Source: Klebsormidium nitens (taxonomy: Eukaryota; Plantae; Klebsormidiophyceae). From it: DNA of 64,000 nt. The notes beneath the pieces were generated by a model that saw nothing but the letters and a program-made list of their open reading frames with translations, did no database searches and was not told the origin of the DNA. Position 1 is the first letter of the stretch. Every line of letters begins with the position of its first letter. Below, piece after piece: positions 30,101 through 42,700 of this stretch. The stretch covers positions 12,862-76,861 of the forward strand of contig DF237309.1 in the NCBI GenBank assembly GCA_000708835.1, given 5' to 3'. A program made the position numbers and the translations under genes.

Positions 30101-33100
30101 CCCGAAAGGAGTGGTGGGCGCAATGCCGAGGGCGGGGTTGACGGATCCCGTACGGCGCAGCTTGCGCGCGGCTTTGTACGAGAGCACCACCTGCTGCTGC
30201 AAGTATCGCAGGTCCTTTACCACGTCCTGCTTTGTCAGCTTGTGCGCGCCGGCAGCAGTCACGCCACCTGCGAGTCCGGAAAAGCTGAGTGAGCACGGCA
30301 TTCATCCAACAAGAGAAAGAACTCGAAGAGAAGGGAGCTTATGGACGTAGAACTCAATATTGCTCCGGCCAAACGCAGATGGTATAACGCTCCCCAGATG
30401 CAAGGAGCGCAATCGAAATCTGCCTTGAAAGCAAGATCGCTCCGCTTTCCTGCCGGGTCTGACGCTCGTTTTGAATCAACTTACCAAAATTGCCTGCAAT
30501 GGAATCCCTTAGTAAGCCTCGGAAACATATTTGTGACTGACAGATTTACCACCGCAGTTTGGGGCTTCCATGTTGACTGCCCAAGCAAGGCAGGTGTAGC
30601 GGTGACAACAAGCAGCACGACCGCACAGCCTTACCTGGCGTCCCCTTCTGCGGGCTTCCAGCAACCCTCCTAGAGCGTTCCGGCCGCGCGCCATCATCTG
30701 CCCCCGCCGCCGTTTCTTCCGAGCCACCCCCCTCGGGCCCCTGCCTTTTCTTCCCCATCGTCCCCGCTTCCCCCTGTTTCGCGGTGCTCACACCCTCACT
30801 TTGCATTCCCGGCAAGTACAAACTCCTCCGGGCGGTTTTTGCCGCGGCACCTCCGCGCAAATGGTTCGCTGCCACGACGTGCTTGGACCCGGACCCCTTC
30901 CCACTTCCGCTTTCCTTCTGCATCCCCTCCCTTTCCGCTGGCCGTTCGGATGCACCCGTCTCTGCGGGGACGTCCGATGCTCCTTTTTTTGCGCCAGCTT
31001 CCATCTCCGCACCTTGCCCTCCCTCATTGCCTTTCCTTTCGCTCACGGCAGCCCCGGCGTCCTCAGCTTTTTCAGCACTTCCGTTCTCTGCAATCGCCGG
31101 GCTGGGGCCAGGTTCTCCGACCTGCCCTGAGGTTTTGCCCTCTCCCGAAAAGTGGTCGGAAGCTGAAACCCCGACCTTTTCCGTGGCCTCAGCAGCAACG
31201 GGAGGCGCAGTGAGGTCCACGGCGCCAGCGTGGTTCCCGAGGACCTCCAGCCTGGAAAAGAAAAGAAGGCCCGCTCAGGAACTGTGAGGGTTTGCTCGAA
31301 CGAAGAAGGGAACGAACAAGGCAGGATCCGCGACGCTGGAGCTTTGCTTGAAACCATCGGAACAGATTTGCATTCCACCTGAGTAACGTGACTGCTCCAA
31401 TAGGCAAGCTCGAAACTAGACCTCCTATGAAGCCTACAAACTATGTTAAAAGATTCACCATGTGGGATGAAACCAAACAGCAAAACGAAAACACTCGTAC
31501 AGCCCAGAGAAAGACCAGAATATCCGCTGTTCACGCACACCTGGGCCCAATCCAAAAACACATTCTAAGCGGAAATCCCCCGAAGAAATGCCGTCAAATT
31601 CTTAAGAACCAACAGCGCAAAAGTAATTGCTTACCTATATTCCATGACGTGGCTATCCGGGTGCACCATGCGCCGCACGACGGCCCCTCCGCCCACTTCC
31701 AGATTCTCCACCACCCGCAGCGCGTAGTTGAGCAGCCCGGTGTCCCCGATCTTGGTGCGTGCCTTCTCTTTCAGGCTGACACGTGTCATCCACGTGTTGT
31801 CCGGCAACGTCCGGATGATGCTCACCAGCGCTTTGATTGCATCGTCAATGCGGCGCGGGGTGTACCTACAGAAGATGTAAGGTCTGCTCGGTCGTCGATG
31901 AGTATTTTGAAAGATAATTACACAAACAAGGACTCAGGAAAACTCGGAACAGAACGGCAACTTTTGCTCGTAAACATCGGCTGCAGGAGGATCTGTTGGT
32001 TCTCAAACCGAACTTATCCCCGATTGATAACGCGAAAAGTCGTCAACAAAAGAAACTAGAAAGCAGCTCTTGCAATCTTCAAAGAAAGCTATCAGAAAGA
32101 AGCTTGAAATTGTGCAGAATCTTGCTATCACGGACGGTGGAGCCAACTTCAAAGTTCGTAGTCAAAGGCCGAGTTCCGCGCTATCTGCAGGTCGACCTTG
32201 GGGCCAACCTTCTCTCCCCACCTGCTCTTGCCGCTGTCCACGGAGGGGCTCCTGGTGCTCTCGCGCGACGACTCGAAGGTGCGCACCAGCTTCGACATCG
32301 ACCCCTCCGGCATCGGCGGCTTCCCCGCCGCCCGCCCGCTCTCCCCAACCTCCCTCTCCGGCGTCTGCTCCGGGGGGGAGTACGACAGCTGCAACGCCGA
32401 CCCGGGGTCTGCCCCCCTCCCATGCCGCGGGGGCCGCTTCGGTGTCCGCCGCACCGCGGGCGTGCGCGGCCCTTCGCTCGCCGCACGCGCGCTTTCGTAC
32501 GCGCTTCGCTGGAGAGGCGACGCCGCCCGCGCCCGGGGACTCCGAGCCGCCTCTGAACCAGTCACGCCTCCGGGTTCGGTAACCTGACCTTTTTCGCCCT
32601 CACTTGCCAGTGAATGCGGAAAGCTGACGTCACCATTGGCGGCGGGCCCGTTCTCCTGCTCCCCGAGGCGCGTCCTCTTGGCCTTCCTCCGGAGCGCTGC
32701 CTCGCTGTCGAGGCTGCCGTCGCGCTCAAACCCAGCCCCGCTCATCCCCAAAACGCGCGCCTCTTCCTCCAACCGCTGCCGCGATCTCCGCGGCCCGGGG
32801 CTCTCCTCCCGAGCTACCTCCCCCGCTTTGCGTTTCCGGGGGGACACGGGCGGCGACCCGTTGCCCCTTGGTGACGTCCTCGTTAGCGGCTTTTTGGGCG
32901 ACCTCATCGGCGAAGTAGCTGGCAGCTTGCCCGGGGACTTGGTGGACAATTTCCCGGGCGACTTGGCTGGTGAACTCCGGGGGCTCTTGCTCAGGTTCGG
33001 TGAGCGGGGGCTGCTGCTGCCGTTCCCGAGACCCATCCTTTGGCGAAACCCAACCTTTAGTCCTTTAGCCGGCCGCCGCATGTTCTGCGTCCGGGCCTTT

Positions 33101-35512
33101 GCAATCCCCTTCAGCGGACCCTGCATGAGGCCACGGAAGCGGCCCCCGTTTTGCGCCGACCCAATACCTCCCCGTCGAGCTTTACTCCCCTTCCCGCTCC
33201 CCTGCTTCAAGAACCCCGCCTTTTGGCCCCGCTTAAGCGCGTTCGATCCATTCTGCGTCTTTGCGAAGACCCCGTCTGCCTCCTTCCCATCCGGCAGTTT
33301 CGGCCGCAACTCGAGCATGAACCGATACAGCTCGCCCAGAGTGCGCACGGACCCCCCCGAAATCTTCTGGTACTTCGAAATGATAGCCGCCACGTTGTGA
33401 TCCACCAGCTCGAAGTGCGAAATTATCGTGGCGAGGGGGAGACTCTGGAGCAGCGCGACAGCGCCCGAGTAGGCGTCTTTGGAAACGCCGAAGCTGCCGC
33501 GGCCAAAGCGGTAGCCCCAGCGGCCGTACCACGTGCAGCCATAGGCAACGGCGTGCAGGAGCCGGAAGTCGAGGCCGAACTTCTTGCTGACGTCCTGGAC
33601 CGACACGTCCCTGCAGCAGGAAACAACGAAAGTCAAGTGAGACCAGAATCTGAAGGACCACAATTTCTAAGTGAAGGGTCTGCATGAAAGACAGAGTGGA
33701 GAAGAGCTGTGCGATGCACACTTCTGTGTACTGCTTGAAAGCACGACGGAGGACGGCTGAAGGACGAGGCCTTTGCAATCTTGAGTCCAGCTGAAAGGTG
33801 CGCCCAAATCCTCTCGACAACTCAGCCGAATGAAGGATGAAAGGAGATAGGTTACCGGAAATGAAGGACAAAAGGAGGGAGACGTCAGTCACGCTTCAGT
33901 CACAAACAGGCACTTTAGAAGCAACTCGAAGAGCAAATTGCAAGGACAAAGAAAAGATACGGGTTCTCAACGTGTCCGCCAAAAAAGAATGTTTGTCATC
34001 TTGCGAACGCTTTCAAGTCTGATTTGAAGCTGAGGTGACAAAGACGAATCCAAGTGCGCTGCTAGTTCGACTAGCATTGCGGAAAACAATCATCCTACCA
34101 GCTGAAACGTTATCTCCCAAAGAACGTGGCGTTTCAAGCCGTTTGCAAGGTCGTCTAATCAAGACGTTGCGCAGCAGTGATCCCTTTGCCTGTTGCTTTC
34201 ATCAAAAGCCTGGAGCTAACCAGAAAAGTGGAATTAATAACCTTGCGGCACCAATTAGGCTGTTAATGATTCTCAACAAGGCCAGCCAATTTTGCACGTC
34301 AGTCCCCCTTTTCATTTCCAGGAACAGTCGCCCAAGCTCAGCACGACTACAATGCAAGCTTCCAACTAAGCTTGAACCAAGTGTCACAGGACTAGGCAAA
34401 GTCCTCACCGAGCCTTGAGCAGCGTACAAAGGCGGTCCCAAAAGTCCATGAGCTGCGTCCCCGAAAGGACGCGCGAGCCCCGCTCCCGCCCGTTGATCCT
34501 CATCAGGTGTCCATACCCGTTTGAGTGCAGCACGCCATGTAGCAAATGGGTCTGCACCTCCAGTGCCGAGGACCGTCGCAGGTCGGCCCCGCACTGGGGG
34601 CACTCGCTTGACACCACCGGGCAAGATGCCTCGCAGCTGGGACAGTGGCGGGTGCCGGTGTCAAGAACGGTAGCGCTGTCTTCGCTGGGGAGGATGAAGT
34701 GGAAGCGCGAGCAGGAGACAGGGTGGTGGCCCCAGCCTGAAAAGATTGATGCAAAATGGTCAAAAACTTGTGCAAAGCTTAAGCATAGCTCGCAAAGAGG
34801 GCGCGTAAAGGACTTCATGACTTTGTGCACAATGAACGCAGTTCAAGCACCAAGCATTTAAGAACAGAAGTCAGCAATACCCTTCATAGCAGTCTCACCC
34901 TGTCTCGCGTGCTGTCAAAGGTCAGTCATAAGACACAAGGAGGCCAGAGGGCCGCAGAGGCAAGTCTAATCAACGCCAGTAGCACAGGGGGGCGGACTTT
35001 TGATTGCAAATTGAGCGGTTCATGGACGTGAAGCGGGCAGCTAAGGGCCACAATAGCAGCACAAGTAGTGCAAGGACTGACTTCCCAGTGGAAGAGTTGT
35101 CATCCAAACTGAAGGAAATTGGTCCGACCAGGTGCAATGAGATTGTCCAGAACAAGACTGCCAGCTAAGCACGCACACGAAGGAGTGATTGCCAATCTCT
35201 TGAGAGCGCACAAAAGCGTAAGCTGTATGAACCAGAGACGAGTGATGTCGCCTAGAAAAGAGTGTGACAGGATGTGGCCGGCTCACCGATCACCCTGCAC
35301 TGCTCGCAGTACAACTTCCCTGTTGCTGGCACATCCTCCTCAAAGACCAGCAGGTCATCAGTGCCCCCCTGGCCGTCGCTGAAGGCAATCTTCCACCTGG
35401 ACGTTCCCGCCAGGGAGCATGGCTGTGGCTCTCCCACTTCGGACAGCAGGCGCCGGACGTTGGACCGGAAGGGGCCGTCCAACCGGGCGCTGATTGGTGG
35501 AAGTTCCGCCAT
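27187..35512 (-). CDS. PHD-finger protein of the MS1/MMD1/At1g33420 family, multi-exon
   Basis: YCEQCRVIGWGHHPV, THLLHGVLHSNGYGHLMRINGRERGS..LSGTQLMDFWDRLC, FRLLHAVAYGCTWYGRWGYRFGRGSFG, IGDTGLLNY, PPQELLVLP and PHD VDCLCGTKDDDGERMAECDTCATWLHTRC...CPRC. The CxxC...CxxC insert matches the At1g33420 type. The last exons are less certain. Confidence 0.9.
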
Positions 35513-36797
35513 GCTGGCCGCATCCTGTCAGGCGCAGCTCATGGAAGGAGGGGGAGAGGGAGGGGGCTGTGTGCCTGTACAAGAGAGGGAGCCAGAGCTG
35601 TTCAAAGAGAGGAATCCTTTCAAGGACGCCTGCTGCAAAGCCTAGCATCCCACTACTTTCTTCTGCAATCTGGTTGACGCCCAGGCAACTTGAGACAGCG
35701 GTCAGGCAGGCAGCAGTTCTATTCAGACGGATGGAGTCATCATTCACGCACTAGTTGACCCCAAGCTGAGTCCTCCTGAGATGAGGGAGTCATTTGCCAG
35801 TGCTCTGTTGCTAGGCCCCACTGAGCAGCAGCGGTGAGCAGCACAGAGAAGGCAGGCTGCAACCGCAATGGCTGACTGGCAAGTGACAGTCAACGATTCC
35901 CCACACAACATTGACAAGCAGGCTCGGCAAGCAACAGATGCATCAGCAGACTGTGATGGGGCCAGTGAGCAATGGCTATCAAGCTGACAGGGACAGTGCA
36001 ACCATGTATGTTGTCTGTACCTTTGCAGGAGGCTTGGCTTCCAGGTTGACACAGCAGGGGCACATACAGTGGTCTTTGGAAGTAAGAGTAGCCTCAGGAA
36101 GGGGCATGAAGCTGAGGAAGAGATGCATTCATGGCCATAATGAGCAGCAACGACGAGCTGCAAACAGCACCCTTGCAACTGGGTCATTCAAGTATGTGGG
36201 AGCCATGCAAGTAGCACCAAGGCAGCTGCGACACACCGTTGGCTTCAGGCTGAGGAAGGTAGCACAGGTGCCAGACCCAGGCTGGCTCCAGCTGCTGCTG
36301 CAGCCTGCACTGGCAGGCTGTGATGAGGAGTGGGCCTGCTTCAGAATCGCACCGGAGCTGGACTTGCATGAGTTTGCGCAGACTGGGGGAGAACGCTGAC
36401 GTCACTGGCGAGTTCCGTCGACATTGCAGATCGAAGTCGGAGGGGCTGTTCACATGAAAGCAAACCGCCTCGAAGTTTCCGGAACCCTCTCTCAACGCCT
36501 GCTTGAACTGATGGTTACTGGAGAAAGCTGGAGGAACTGGAAATTTGATCCATGTGTAAACATGCTCGACTCAACAGCTTAAATGTACGGCCCAATATAA
36601 ACCGTTATCGTAACTTTTCAATGGGTAACTTGGCCTATAAACGGTTACCAATATCGAGCATTGTCTTTCGCATCATCCTAGTTGGTGTTCTTGCTGCATC
36701 TCGTGCTGGCAGAGTGTCGAAAAGGTGGGAAGTCTGAGCCTTTGAAGGTGCTAAAGTTCTGCGTTTGGGCTATCCTGTTTCTTTGAAGGCGGGCGCC
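35513..36797. promoter_or_regulatory. Shared upstream region of the divergently oriented PHD gene and LeuRS (5' UTR introns and probable bidirectional promoter)
   Basis: Head-to-head start codons at 35512 (-) and 36798 (+). No specific motif was assigned. Confidence 0.35.
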
Positions 36798-39700
36798 ATG
36801 ATGGCGCATGGGTCCGCTAGCGTCGCCGAAACGGCTTCCGCTTCTCTGAGAAGGCTCCACCTCTCAGCCTGCAGCACCAACCCGCTTCCTTCCCAGTGTC
36901 CTGCATTCGCGCGCCAACCGGGGGGTATGGCTGGCCGATGGCGGTCGCTGGCTTCTCGAGCCCCGGCATTGCAAGCCATTTTCGTACCCACTCAGCAAGC
37001 TTCCTGCAGTGCCTCCTCTACGCCCCTCGTTAAAAACGCAGACCTTCCAGGTGTTGCGCAGTCTCTGACGTCGTTCTTCGGCGCTCGGTTAGATCAGCCG
37101 GACTCGACCTCTGCGAATCAGTTCCGGAGATCCTTCCGGTCCGCGAGCCAAGTCTCTGCAAATGCTGCAATACTAGTAGAGGAAGCGGCGAGGGGGGAGG
37201 AGGAGAATGCGGCCCCTGCGCAGCGGGTGGGGGCGTATCCATTCAAGGAACTGGAGGCCAAGTGGCAGACAACGTGGGCGGAGCGCAAAACGTTCCGGAC
37301 GCCAGAGGAAGTGGACACCAGCAAGCCAAAGTTCTATGCGCTGGACATGTTTCCATACCCCAGGTACTGAATGCAAGCGTTCACACTGGCGATGAGTGGG
37401 TGGTGCATTGTGTCTCTCGCTGTGTTGCATTTTGCCCCTTCTTAGCCAGAAGAGTCTGGCGGTGGTACTGTTGCGTCCACATTCCAGCATGATGGTACTT
37501 AAGAGTGCATCCATGATCCCATTTCTTCAAGTAGTAGAAGATCTGATAGTCAGCGAGATCATCAGCTTCTTTAGTCCCTGTAGGAGAGCGTATGTGAGGC
37601 TTCCTAAAAGAACTGGGGCTGAAGCTTTGTGGTGTGGGGCTACACGGGCGCTCAAGCGCGTTTCTATGCATTTGGCCAGCAGTGTACATTTATGTGGTGA
37701 AAATGACACAAATGGATGATTGAGCGTTCCCAGCATACCTACTTCCATTGACGTCCTGCTGCTGTAAGTCCTCACATCGACGGTCCAGATGGTTTCAAGA
37801 AATGCGGCCGCCACCATTCATTTCAGGGGGCCAAACCTAGAGGGTAGTGTGTATAGGTGGCCCGAAGTCTTTATTTTCCGCCCATCCGTTTTTGAAGACA
37901 GCTCTTCAATCGCTGGTTCCGAATCGAGTACCAGATTACTTTCAAATACTCACGCTTTTCGGCCCCTTTGCAGTGGCGCTGGGCTGCACGTAGGCCATCC
38001 GGAGGGGTACACTGCGACCGACATCGTGTCGCGCTACAAGCGGATGAAGGGCTTCAACGTGCTGCACCCCATGGGCTGGGATGCGTTTGGGCTGCCGGCA
38101 GAGCAGTATGCGCTTGAGGTGATGAGCAACAAACTTGGTTTCTTATATCTTTGATCCTGTATTCAAGCCCCTTGAGGCTGAGAATCAATAATTGACATCC
38201 TGATGATGCATCTGACACAAGCTTTATTGGCCCCTTTCAATTACAAGCTCCTGTCCTGGCTCCCCCATATGGTCAGCGGGGCCATTGCGGGTTTCCCTAC
38301 AAAACGGGTCCGCACCAGCGGATTGCCTAGTACGGCTCCGAACCTGCAACTGGCGTATGGAGTTATGTTAGGATCTCGGTGTTCCCAGCTGGTCCTTAGC
38401 GTCACAAGTGGCATCATTCATCGAAACCTGCTCTGTCATATTTTCTGTGCCTTTCAAAATAGCGCAATCGGCCCGTTTGCACGTTTGCAGACGGGCACGC
38501 ACCCGAAGGTGACGACGGAGCGCAACGTGGCGCGCTTCCGCACGCAGCTCCAGTCGCTCGGCTTCTCGTACGACTGGGACCGCGAGTTCTCGACGACGGA
38601 CGAGAAGTACTACCGGTGGACGCAGTGGATCTTCCTCAAGCTCTGGGAGAACGGCCTGGCTTACCAGGTAAGCGCCGTTATTATTTCATCTCCGGAAGTC
38701 CGTACATACTAGTCGTTTATACGTTCAACATTGATTGTGGTGGATACCATACTTGATGGACAAAGAGAAGTGTGAGTCACTAGCCTCGTGGTCTGGCCGT
38801 TAAAATTGAAGTCCATCTTTCTGAGGCTCGATTGCTCCGAAGGGGCAGGTCGCTGACACTAGCAGAAGTTGTGTATGGAGATCAGCAAACAAAACTGCCC
38901 TCCGTGTGACGTTTTGTACCGGTCAATTTCTTTGGCGCTCTGCGTGAAAGGGTGCTCGGGCATTGCCCAATTCTTAGAAAGAGTAAGATTTAGCCTTATT
39001 GACTGCTTGTGGGCAAACCGGCTGATTTGACACCGGTTTCCGCTCTGGTCCTGCAGGCTGAGGTGCCGGTCAACTGGTGTCCGGCCCTGGGCACGGTTCT
39101 GGCGAACGAGGAGGTCATTGACGGCCTGAGCGAGCGGGGAGGCCATCCCGTCATCCGAAAGGTGAGCCTTCTCTTCACCGCTCGCTCACAAAAGCCTTCA
39201 TTCTGCATATTTGTGTGCTCATTTTCCCCTCCTATGTACCTATGTGAAAAAGGCATAGGGAAAAATCGTAACCGGAACGTATTTTCCGACCCTTTTTAGA
39301 TTCGAAAACCGGGGGGGCTGCCCCCGCCCCCGAGCCCCCCTGCTTTTTCCTTTTAGGCCTTTGTTTCATTGCATACGATTGATTGATAACGTCGTCTACG
39401 ACGAGAACGAACGGCTATGGCTGTGCTCAGGTCGCTGATAAATGTCGCACATGCGTGAAAGCCTCATCGGCATGAGAGTCGAAGTCCGGCCTACGTGAGG
39501 TATGACCTGCATGCTTATCTGATTTTGAGTCTCAACATATGTGTGTATTGTTGCAAGGACGAGTCACCCGCTGATCATTGTAAGAGTAAAGCTGCAACCG
39601 CGCGTGTGCTTCAGTCGAACTTCGAAGTACACCCGGTTCCGAGCAGTTTATTGGCGCCGTTCCTTCCTCGAGCTGCTTGTCTTTCCTGCCAAACCTCCAT

Positions 39701-42700
39701 TTCCAGAAGCCTTCATGTACTTGATTATCCAGTTAAGCGATTGTTGAAAATGCATCTGCTTTTCAAGCCTACTTTAAAAGCTTCCCGACAAGGCATCATG
39801 TAGAATTTAACCCCACTTCTGCTCCCCCGGCAGCCAATGCGTCAGTGGATGCTGCGCATCACGCGCTACGCGGACCGTCTCCTGGACGACTTGGAAGACC
39901 TCAACTGGCCCGAGAGCATCAAGGAAATGCAGCGCAACTGGATCGGCCGTTCCGAGGGCGCCGAGATCGACTTCCCCATTCTCGCCCCCGACGGTTCCGT
40001 CACCGAAAGCTCCCTCCGCGTTTTCACGACCCGTCCCGATACGCTGTTCGGCGCGACGTACATGGTCGTTGCGCCGGAGCACCCGCTGGTGGAGCACGTG
40101 ACGTCAGCAGAGCAGCGGGGGGCGGTGGAAGAGTACGTGAAGAAGGCGGCGCTGAAAAGCGATTTGGAGCGGACCGAGCTGCAGAAGGAGAAGACGGGGG
40201 TGGCGACCGGGGGATATGCGCGGAACCCGGCAACCGGGGAGAAGGTGCCCATCTGGGTCGCCGACTACGTGCTCGGCAGGTGGGCGGTAGAACCGGCTGG
40301 GGAACATATGTTACGGACCCTTGGAACGTTAGGTTTGGAGAGGCGACTATTGATTTGCGGAGATGGTACGATCTTTGCTGGGTTTAGCATTCAAGACCGT
40401 TGCTTTTGGGTATAAGCTTCGACCTTTGTGAATCGAAGAACCAACGCACCAGAACTTGATATATCAAACCTTCTTTGCGGGCTTTGCTAGCTCCGGTCCT
40501 TGTGAACTGCAGAAATTTCAGATCAAGTGTGTCAGGTTCGAAAGCGGATTCGTCTTTGTAGCTAAGATTTTCTTCTTTCCTTTGCAGCTACGGTACTGGC
40601 GCCATCATGGCCGTTCCCGCGCACGACTCCCGCGACCACGAATTCGCCACTGCTTTTGACCTCCCCATTATCCAAGTCGTTTCCGCCCCCAAAGGAATCA
40701 AAGTCGACTCCAACGAGGCCTTTTCAGAGCCGGGAAAAGCCGTCAACTCTAGTAGCGAGGCAACCGGGTTGAAACTCGACGGGTTGAGTACGAAGAAAGC
40801 GGCGGCCAGGGTTATAGAGTGGTTAGAGAGCACGAAGCAGGGGACAAAAAAGGTTAACTACAGGTTACGAGACTGGTTGTTTGCGCGGCAGCGGTACTGG
40901 GGGGAGCCGTTCCCGATGGTTTACGTGGACGGTGCAAGCGATCCTGTGCCGATTCCGGAGAGTGAGCTTCCGTTGGTGCTGCCGGAAACGGACTCGTACA
41001 AGCCGAGCGGAACGGGGGAGAGCCCGCTGGCTACGATCACGGATTGGGTCAATACAACAGGTGAGGACACTTTTTGGTCGACGTGACGACCCTTTGCAAA
41101 GCAGATTGGCAACCTTCTCAAAAGTATGCCCCTCGTTTGATATTGCTTCTGACAGTTGCCATTGGCTCTCGCTTGCCTCTCCTTGTCCATTGAAAAAACC
41201 CAAAGTACATGTCGTTGCGAGATTTCAGGAACATCAGAGGCAGGTCAAATTTCTGTATCCTCGCCTAGCTAGTTCGGTCTCTGAACGACTCTCACGCAAT
41301 CCCCTCTCTCCACGTGTTCAAATCCAAGCGGGCGGGCCGCGAGACGAGAAACCTACACAATGCCGCAGTTTCAAGATTCAAAAGGACTTATCGCCAATCT
41401 CCTCTTTCCACGTGTCCAGATCCGAGCGGGCGGCCCGCGCGACGAGAAACCAACACGATGCCGCAGTGGGCGGGGTCCTGTTGGTACTTCATCCGGTTCA
41501 TTGACCCGGGCAACGACCAGGCGCTCGTCGATCCGGATAAAGAGCGCTACTGGGGCCCGGTAGACCTCTACGTGGGCGGGGCGGAGCACGCCGTGCTGCA
41601 TTTGCTGTATGCGCGGTTTATTTACAAGGTGTGGGGAATGGAACGTTTTCCGTGTTTCTGTCTTTCGCCCACGAGGCCATTCGTGGCCCACTCGTGAAGT
41701 AAGCAAGGTCTCTCAAGGAAGCTGAGGTTGATAAAGTGGGTCTGAGGCAGCCTCATCGTTTGGCTAGGAGTTTGATTTGAACGCTGAGCAGTGGCGGAGC
41801 CGTCGAAGGAAAACTGCATAGGAAGGCAATCTCCATTCCATGTTCTCCTTTGAAACAGGACAGATACGTTCGCCCCAGTAAGCCTCGCGTGTCGTTGCTC
41901 TGCAGTTTTTGTTCGACATTGGCGTTGTTTCTCGAAAGGAGCCGTTCCAGAGCCTGGTGAACCAGGGCATGATCCTAGGGGAGGTAGGACCATCACACTG
42001 CTCTGCCCGCAGAGTTCATCCCTCCGAAGTCGTGCTTGTAGATCCTTTTGTCGAGCCTTGACTACGTACTTTCTTCTTGAGACTTGTGTTGCTCGCCTCG
42101 TCTGGAACTAGGGGCTTGAAAGGTCGGGACCGAGAAACATGCACGAATCGGTTAGAAGCTGTCTTGGGCCCCTTCAAACGGACCGCTTCACTGCGAAGAA
42201 GCACGAGTCCAAAGGGGTCGGGGTCTCACTCCTTGTGCTGACGCTTTGCTTCACCTCTTCTCCCCCTGGGTCGAAATATGACTACGAGATTTGGAGAAAC
42301 CTTGAGACTTTCTAACATTTCCTCCGCCTGCCAGGTTGAGTACACGACGTTCCGGAACGAGCGGGGTGAGCGGGTGTCTGCAGACGTGGCATCCTCCAGC
42401 CGAGAAACATACACCCCGGAGCGGATCCCGGAAAGCGAGGTACGCAGAGCTTCCGCTTGGGATAGTCAACGACAAAAACATTTTTCAGTTCCTGACGTTC
42501 TGGACACATCGCGTAGAACCTCAGAAAGTTCTTCTTGAGTTCACCTACAATTTTGATCTGCACAGTCAGCCTTGGCGCAGGTCGCCAGTCAAATTTATGC
42601 TTTTAATGTGTCTGAAACGAAAAGTTGGCGACGAATGTGAATCACTGTGAAAGTGTATCCCTCGTTTCAAGTTCTAAGCAAATCGAGGCTGACATCAGTC

